From an uncultured Ignavibacteria bacterium (lineage in GTDB: Bacteria > Bacteroidota > Ignavibacteria > Kapaibacteriales > UBA2268): a stretch of 64,000 nt of DNA. Under the pieces are notes generated by a model, which saw nothing but the letters and a program-made list of their open reading frames with translations, was not told where the DNA came from and ran no database searches. The DNA lies in contig CAIOZA010000015.1 in NCBI GenBank assembly GCA_903862655.1, positions 24,324-88,323 on the forward strand, given 5' to 3'. The translations under genes and the position numbers were made by a program. Positions 58,420 to 64,000 of this stretch are shown piece after piece. How positions within the stretch are numbered: the stretch's first letter is position 1; every line of letters starts with the position of its first letter.

Positions 58420-61400
58420 TTATATTGCTTTCTTTCTAATCACAAAAGTCAGATTCGATGTATATTTTGCATTATCAATAACATCAATACTGCAATTGAA
58501 GTTCACGAACATATCGATAATATCTTGCTTAGAATTATAATATAAATTTCCACTTGCAAGCTGATTGAATCCAAAAGTAGTCGAGAAGAATTCCGATAAA
58601 TGAGAAACTTTTTGCCTGCCTTCAAGATCACTCACAGAATCTCGCAATACGAGAACACCATCAACACTTAGCGAATTCATACATTTATCCACTAACTCTC
58701 TTTGTTCTTCCTTTGAAATATAATGAAGAATATCACTGAGTACAATGCCATCATATTTTTCAAAATTGAAATTCATTGCATCTGTACAATGGAACTTCAC
58801 AGTATCCGGTTTGAAATGACAGTTGTGAGCTGTTTCAATTTTCTTTTGATCGATGTCTATACCAGTCAATTCACGTTTATCCGAGAGAAATGCCAACATA
58901 TAAGTCATAAAACCGTATCCGCACCCAATATCCAGAATTTTACCGGTCTTGGGCAATTGTTCGTTAAATGGATCATAATTGTTCTCCATCATAAGCTTTG
59001 AACGCAAGTACCACTCCAGCACCGGACCTTTGTATATATAATTCTTAATCAGAACATCTGTGAAATATTCAGGTCCTTCAGTTTCAGCGGAGAATTTAGC
59101 AAATTCATCCTTGTAATATTTTGATATATCCTTTGTAACTTCGCGATAATCCTTATCTAAGGAATAATCTTCATATTTAATCGGGTCTAGAAACTTAATA
59201 TCAATTATGCCTCTTCTCACAAGTATCTCTCCCTTTGTAACGCATCTGCCTGTGCCGTGGAGCATTATCGGAAGAATATCCAGCTTCATCATTTCTGCTA
59301 TTAAGAATGCACCTTTGTGGAAGCGTTGCAGTTTATAATCCTGCGAACGAGTTCCCTCCGGGAAAACTAATATCGAATATCCCTGACTTACGAGAGTATG
59401 CAGTTTTTCGAAACTGTTCTCAACTCCCATCGTGGTCGGGTAGAATTCCAGAAATTTAACAACCCTGCCGAACACAGGACTATTCCACACCCAATCGTTG
59501 GTTAGCATTGCTATTTTAGGACTAATGGATAATAGAAAAAGCAGATCAACATGGGACTGATGATTGCAAATAATCAGTCGCGGTTTATCAAATATTTCGG
59601 GATAATATCCATGCAATCTCTTCGGAATATGAACGCTGTTGTAATACGCAACTTTCATAAGATTATATATAGCTTTATGAAAAAGCTTCTTCCTAAAGTT
59701 AAAACTCGATTTGGTGCGGATTATACCAAAAATAAAAAAGCCTAATATTATACCAAGCATACTGCCGGTAAAGAAAATAATATAGGTTATGAAAGTCCAG
59801 ATGAAGTTAAACAGTGTCATGGGAAGAAATCGTTTCTTTCCACGATGGTGTGTTAGCTGATTAAAGAGCAGTGGCTCTATTGCATAAGAGATTATTACAA
59901 CTGCAACCATGCCAATGATTGATATCAGATAGATTGAATTTAATGAAGGATGCTTCGCAAATCCCAAGACTGCCACACCAACAATTGTTGTTGATGAGGA
60001 GGTAAGAATAGCTTTTCTGTAGGAAGGCATATCATCAATTCCTGTTTTGAACTTCTGCGTCAGTCCTCGCATCATCAGAACACTGTAATCAACGCCTAAT
60101 CCAAAAATAAATGTAGAAATTATTATATTAAAAATATTGAAGCTTGTTTTGGTTGCACCCATATATCCAAGAGTTATCAACCAGCTCAGAAACATGGGAA
60201 TCGCTGCAATCAGCCCAGTTTCAATTCTTCCGAATGATAAAATCAGAATTATAGTTACGACGATAAGAGATAAATTAACCAATGTCTCAAAATCAGTCTT
60301 AATCTCACTGACAAGACTTCTTGTGATTTGCTGTTTATCGAATATAAATGAATCCGGATTGCTGTCAAATTTGCTCAGAATGGATGCTTTGTTTACAGAA
60401 TCTGCTTTTATGATAGTAGATATGATTACCTTAGAATCAATGAAAGATATTTTATCCTGCAGATTAGTTGAATTCAGAATGTTAATTGATCTTGTGTCAA
60501 TAGGTAGATAGGTCTTATCAAGCATCGCAAAGAATTCATTAAAAGCATCAGATTTAAATTTATATTCAATTTTCTTTTTTTCGATCGCTTGCTTTAGTTT
60601 TGCCTTCTTCGATTCAGTCCAGAATTCATTCCATCGGTCAATCTTGATTTTCTGCAACGAATCAGACAGAATCAGCCCGTTAAGGCCTGAGTAACTTCTG
60701 ACAATCTTACGACTCTTTAGATCTTCGAGTTGATTGCTAACAGCTTCATTCTTAGTTAGAGCATCCTGAAGATTGTTTCCTATTGAAATAAGAAAAATAG
60801 TCTTCGTTCTGGCTCCTGATACATTTGTTATCTTATTCTCGGCAACGGCAAGTGTTTGAGTAACGAAGTTCATTTTCGACAGATCGGGTTCGAAAGCTAC
60901 ACTTCCGGCGTAAAATAGGCTGATTATCGTTAACAAAATCAAAACTAATATTACAATTTTATTCTTTTCATACCGATAGTTAGTAATTCTCTGAATAAAT
61001 TTGAAATCAGGCTTTGATGTTGAAATGTTCTTAATCAAATGTGGCAGAATTACAATTGCGAAAAATGCCGCCCCAATAAGACTGAATCCTGCGAAAAGAC
61101 CTAAGTCGCTAAGAACTTTAGATTTAACAAACAACAAACAGAAAAATGCCGCAACTGTTGTAAGAGCGCAAACTATGATTGTGAACGACATATCCTTGAT
61201 TACAGTTTCGATAGACTTCTTCTGCTGATAGTAGCTAATCACATAAAGTGAATAGTCAACTATGATTCCAAGAATTATTGAACCAACTCCCAGGGAAATT
61301 GCCGAAACCTGACCTTTCAGGAGATAGATCATTCCCAAGGCTATGGCACCACCGTACACGGCAGGAAGGAATGCCAGAAATGCTGCTTTGATACTCCTGA

Positions 61401-62268
61401 AAGCCACGAAATTTATGATTATTATACCAAAAAAGGAGAGGAAAACCGTTAATATAATATCCTGCTTCAATTGTCTTGCATTTCCTACCGAAACCGGGAT
61501 CAATCCATAGTAATCAATATTTACATTAGATTTGAAGTCTTTTCCAATTTGGAATTTTATCTTATCTATACCGGTAATTAGTTCTGAATTTTTGGATGTT
61601 TCATTGGAGGGATTAGCTGAACTGATGAACAGTAGCAAATTCTTTTTATCTTTAGAAAAAATGCGGCTGTTATAAATCGTGTAATCATCTAATTCCTGAA
61701 GAGAATTCAGCTTCTGTACCGCTAGAAATGTTAATCCAAGGGGATCCAGCATCATATATCTTGATAAAGATGCGCCAACCGGGGATGTGATTGTCCTATA
61801 AACCTCATCCATCTTTAGTGAAGCATTCTCTCCCATCAGAAGTGAATCAATCTTAGTATAATCCGTAGAATCAAGATAGATGGGCAGATGGGCATTGAAT
61901 GCAGTGAAAATATCATTCAAAAAGTTAGGATTTACTTCGTAGATTATCTTTTTTATATGTTGCTTTAGATCAGCTTCTAAACTCCTAGTCAGTGAATCAC
62001 CAACAGTAATCAGCTCATCAGGAGCTAATCTTGAACTATCGGTGAATGAAATATTAACAATTATTTTATCGGAATAATTGTTGTTCCGATATACCAGACT
62101 TAACTTATCCATGTTCTTATAGTCGGGCAGAAGTTTGGCTATATTTTCTTCGTATTGTATCTTAGAAGCAAGGAATAATGAAGCTAAGAATGAAATCAGC
62201 ACAAATCCGACAAAAACTGCTTTGTGAGAAAAGAAAAACTGATATATTTTGAAAAATATTTCGCCCAT
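58420..62268 (-). CDS. Trifunctional MMPL exporter / LPLAT acyltransferase / SAM methyltransferase
   Basis: Two MMPL halves (GIIVDY, GLGVDY), NHQSHVD and FPEGTRS acyltransferase motifs, LDIGCGYG methyltransferase motif. Confidence 0.9.
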   Translation of the reverse strand: MGEIFFKIYQFFFSHKAVFVGFVLISFLASLFLASKIQYEENIAKLLPDYKNMDKLSLVYRNNNYSDKIIVNISFTDSSRLAPDELITVGDSLTRSLEADLKQHIKKIIYEVNPNFLNDIFTAFNAHLPIYLDSTDYTKIDSLLMGENASLKMDEVYRTITSPVGASLSRYMMLDPLGLTFLAVQKLNSLQELDDYTIYNSRIFSKDKKNLLLFISSANPSNETSKNSELITGIDKIKFQIGKDFKSNVNIDYYGLIPVSVGNARQLKQDIILTVFLSFFGIIIINFVAFRSIKAAFLAFLPAVYGGAIALGMIYLLKGQVSAISLGVGSIILGIIVDYSLYVISYYQQKKSIETVIKDMSFTIIVCALTTVAAFFCLLFVKSKVLSDLGLFAGFSLIGAAFFAIVILPHLIKNISTSKPDFKFIQRITNYRYEKNKIVILVLILLTIISLFYAGSVAFEPDLSKMNFVTQTLAVAENKITNVSGARTKTIFLISIGNNLQDALTKNEAVSNQLEDLKSRKIVRSYSGLNGLILSDSLQKIKIDRWNEFWTESKKAKLKQAIEKKKIEYKFKSDAFNEFFAMLDKTYLPIDTRSINILNSTNLQDKISFIDSKVIISTIIKADSVNKASILSKFDSNPDSFIFDKQQITRSLVSEIKTDFETLVNLSLIVVTIILILSFGRIETGLIAAIPMFLSWLITLGYMGATKTSFNIFNIIISTFIFGLGVDYSVLMMRGLTQKFKTGIDDMPSYRKAILTSSSTTIVGVAVLGFAKHPSLNSIYLISIIGMVAVVIISYAIEPLLFNQLTHHRGKKRFLPMTLFNFIWTFITYIIFFTGSMLGIILGFFIFGIIRTKSSFNFRKKLFHKAIYNLMKVAYYNSVHIPKRLHGYYPEIFDKPRLIICNHQSHVDLLFLLSISPKIAMLTNDWVWNSPVFGRVVKFLEFYPTTMGVENSFEKLHTLVSQGYSILVFPEGTRSQDYKLQRFHKGAFLIAEMMKLDILPIMLHGTGRCVTKGEILVRRGIIDIKFLDPIKYEDYSLDKDYREVTKDISKYYKDEFAKFSAETEGPEYFTDVLIKNYIYKGPVLEWYLRSKLMMENNYDPFNEQLPKTGKILDIGCGYGFMTYMLAFLSDKRELTGIDIDQKKIETAHNCHFKPDTVKFHCTDAMNFNFEKYDGIVLSDILHYISKEEQRELVDKCMNSLSVDGVLVLRDSVSDLEGRQKVSHLSEFFSTTFGFNQLASGNLYYNSKQDIIDMFVNFNCSIDVIDNAKYTSNLTFVIRKKAI

Positions 62269-62272
62269 TTTA

Positions 62273-63457
62273 TTATCTGTAATTCTTTCGGAATATCATG
62301 AAAATCAAATAGCTAATTATGAAAATGCCACTTGCAGCGATTAATGCAAACGCAAAACTACCAATAACATACTGAACTAATTCGTGCTTTATAAAATTGA
62401 ATGAGATTAAACTTTGAAGATTTTGAATTCCGTTAGGATTGTTAAGGATATATCCACCAGTGATATAGCTTAAGTACATTATAAAAGGCATCATTGGAGG
62501 AATACTGATATTCGAAGCTGTAAGGACTATGATCTTGTTTAATTTGAAGAAATGAGCAAGAGAAACAGCTATTATCATTTGCCAGCCCCAAATAGGGACA
62601 ATACCGCAAAAAATCCCAAGAGCTATTGCAAATGATAATCGAATATTAGATTCTGTATTCTTGCGAAACTGTTCTGTTACGAACTTCTTTATATTTTCTT
62701 TGTTTAGACTCTTTAAAACAAATAAGGGTTTTATCCAAAGCAAAGCTATAATTACAAGAATTGTATTAAGAATGCTGATTCTGGCAAAATCTGTAAGCGG
62801 TCTGAAGTGAGAAACTCGTTCTTCTTTCGGGAAATACTTTACCGAAACAGGAACTGACATAACCGGGATATCATGCCAATTAGCTCTTACCAGAACTTCG
62901 ATTTCAAATTCAAATTTCTTGGTATAGAAGTTTATCTTGTTGATGGCTTTCAGTGGATAAAGTCTGTATCCAGATTGAGTATCCGGTAACTTAATGCCTG
63001 TTTCGACAGAATACCAGAAATTAGAGAACTTATGTCCGAATGAGCTTTTTCCCGGGATTCCTGCCTGCTCCATGTTTCTGTTCCCCACTATCAGCGAGCC
63101 TGGACATTCAATTATCATTTCAATAAAATTTGGAATGTCTTCAGGAAAGTGCTGACCATCGGAATCGATTGTTATAGCATATTCATAACCAAGTTCAGAT
63201 GCCCTCTTAAATCCGGCAAGCAAAGCAGATCCTTTACCTTGATTTGAATCAAAATGCAATATCTCTAAATCTCTGAACCGGCTGAGAATGTCACGGGTAT
63301 TATCAGTTGAACCATCATTTACTATAATAATATTAGTTGTGTAGATTTTGATTTTATTCAGAACTGATTCCAAAGTTCTGTCATTGTTATAGCTGGGAAC
63401 AATAACACAGCACTTTAATTCATCGATTATATCATTGTATTTTTTCAGTTCTGTCAT
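62273..63457 (-). CDS. GT2 glycosyltransferase fused to DUF2062
   Basis: VPSYNN, VNDGSTD, DSDGQH, DTQSGYRLYP and RVSHFRP; C-terminal GIFCGIVPIWGWQ...SNISIPP. Confidence 0.9.
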   Translation of the reverse strand: MTELKKYNDIIDELKCCVIVPSYNNDRTLESVLNKIKIYTTNIIIVNDGSTDNTRDILSRFRDLEILHFDSNQGKGSALLAGFKRASELGYEYAITIDSDGQHFPEDIPNFIEMIIECPGSLIVGNRNMEQAGIPGKSSFGHKFSNFWYSVETGIKLPDTQSGYRLYPLKAINKINFYTKKFEFEIEVLVRANWHDIPVMSVPVSVKYFPKEERVSHFRPLTDFARISILNTILVIIALLWIKPLFVLKSLNKENIKKFVTEQFRKNTESNIRLSFAIALGIFCGIVPIWGWQMIIAVSLAHFFKLNKIIVLTASNISIPPMMPFIMYLSYITGGYILNNPNGIQNLQSLISFNFIKHELVQYVIGSFAFALIAASGIFIISYLIFMIFRKNYR

Positions 63458-63464
63458 TTGAAAT

Positions 63465-63851
63465 TTATGCGGACAATCGTGAGAATATTCCCTTAAACTT
63501 TAAATATTTTGTAGAATAAATATTGATAATAGCTTCAACACTCACTTCATCTACACTTAATTTATGTAAAGCGATATTAAGTGTATAAGTATCTGTTGTA
63601 TTGGGAATAATTGGTTTTAAAAACTTGATATAATCTGATTCTACAAGCATACAAGGCATTCTCGACAATCCTGAAAGGCAATCCGTTATAATTTCTATGA
63701 GACAAACTCCAGGCACAACAGGCTGATCGGGGAAATGCCCCCTGAATACATTATGCTCGGGGTTAAACTTAATCAATAAATTAACATTGTTCGGATCATC
63801 AATGATATCCATTCCGGTTATTTTATAGAAATTGTCCTTACCACTAGTCAT
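63465..63851 (-). CDS. 3-hydroxyacyl-ACP dehydratase (hotdog fold)
   Basis: FRGHFPDQPVVPGV and IKFLKPIIP. Confidence 0.88.
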   Translation of the reverse strand: MTSGKDNFYKITGMDIIDDPNNVNLLIKFNPEHNVFRGHFPDQPVVPGVCLIEIITDCLSGLSRMPCMLVESDYIKFLKPIIPNTTDTYTLNIALHKLSVDEVSVEAIINIYSTKYLKFKGIFSRLSA

Positions 63852-64000
63852 CAGTCAAAACCTCCAAACCTAATTCAATATCAAAATCTCTATGTTTTAA
63901 ATATAGTTTTTCCGGTATTGAGTCCTTTGAATACTCAATTGTGAGCTCTATTTGCGGATTTCCGGATGATGCCGACTCGATTTTCTTAATGAAAGGCTTA
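63844..64000 (-). CDS. 3' end of a hypothetical protein of the same cluster (partial)
   Basis: Open frame from the window edge: KPFIKKIESASSGNPQIELTIEYSKDSIPEKLYLKHRDFDIELGLEVLTDD-TAG, overlapping the dehydratase start. Confidence 0.6.
   Translation of the reverse strand, partial: KPFIKKIESASSGNPQIELTIEYSKDSIPEKLYLKHRDFDIELGLEVLTDD

Overview
AT-rich bacterial chromosomal window, most consistent with an FCB-group organism of the Ignavibacteria/Candidatus Kapabacteria type. This is inferred from the many type IX secretion (T9SS) C-terminal domains, the FISUMP domain and a flexirubin/aryl-polyene-like cluster. Housekeeping genes are tnaA, hrcA, tex, mraZ-rsmH, rqcH/NFACT, yicC, rpmG, cysK-cysE, tyrS, znuACB and yraN. 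They are interspersed with large secreted proteins, two-component genes, an ECF sigma/anti-sigma locus and intergenic regions full of small palindromic repeats (REP, REPIN and MITE-like). The most striking observations are four. (1) Three tandem T9SS-substrate genes at 39-44 kb have divergent AT-rich passengers but a near-identical 3' DNA tail, and each C-terminal domain carries REP-like palindromes in-frame at the same two loop positions. (2) An McrB-like AAA+ domain sits between two transmembrane helices, so it is predicted to face the periplasm. (3) A probable dual-membrane-spanning anti-sigma factor. (4) A two-copy MITE-like element nested in other palindromes. No CRISPR array, rRNA, tRNA, transposase or reverse transcriptase was recognised. 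All calls come from reading the sequence; no database searches were run.
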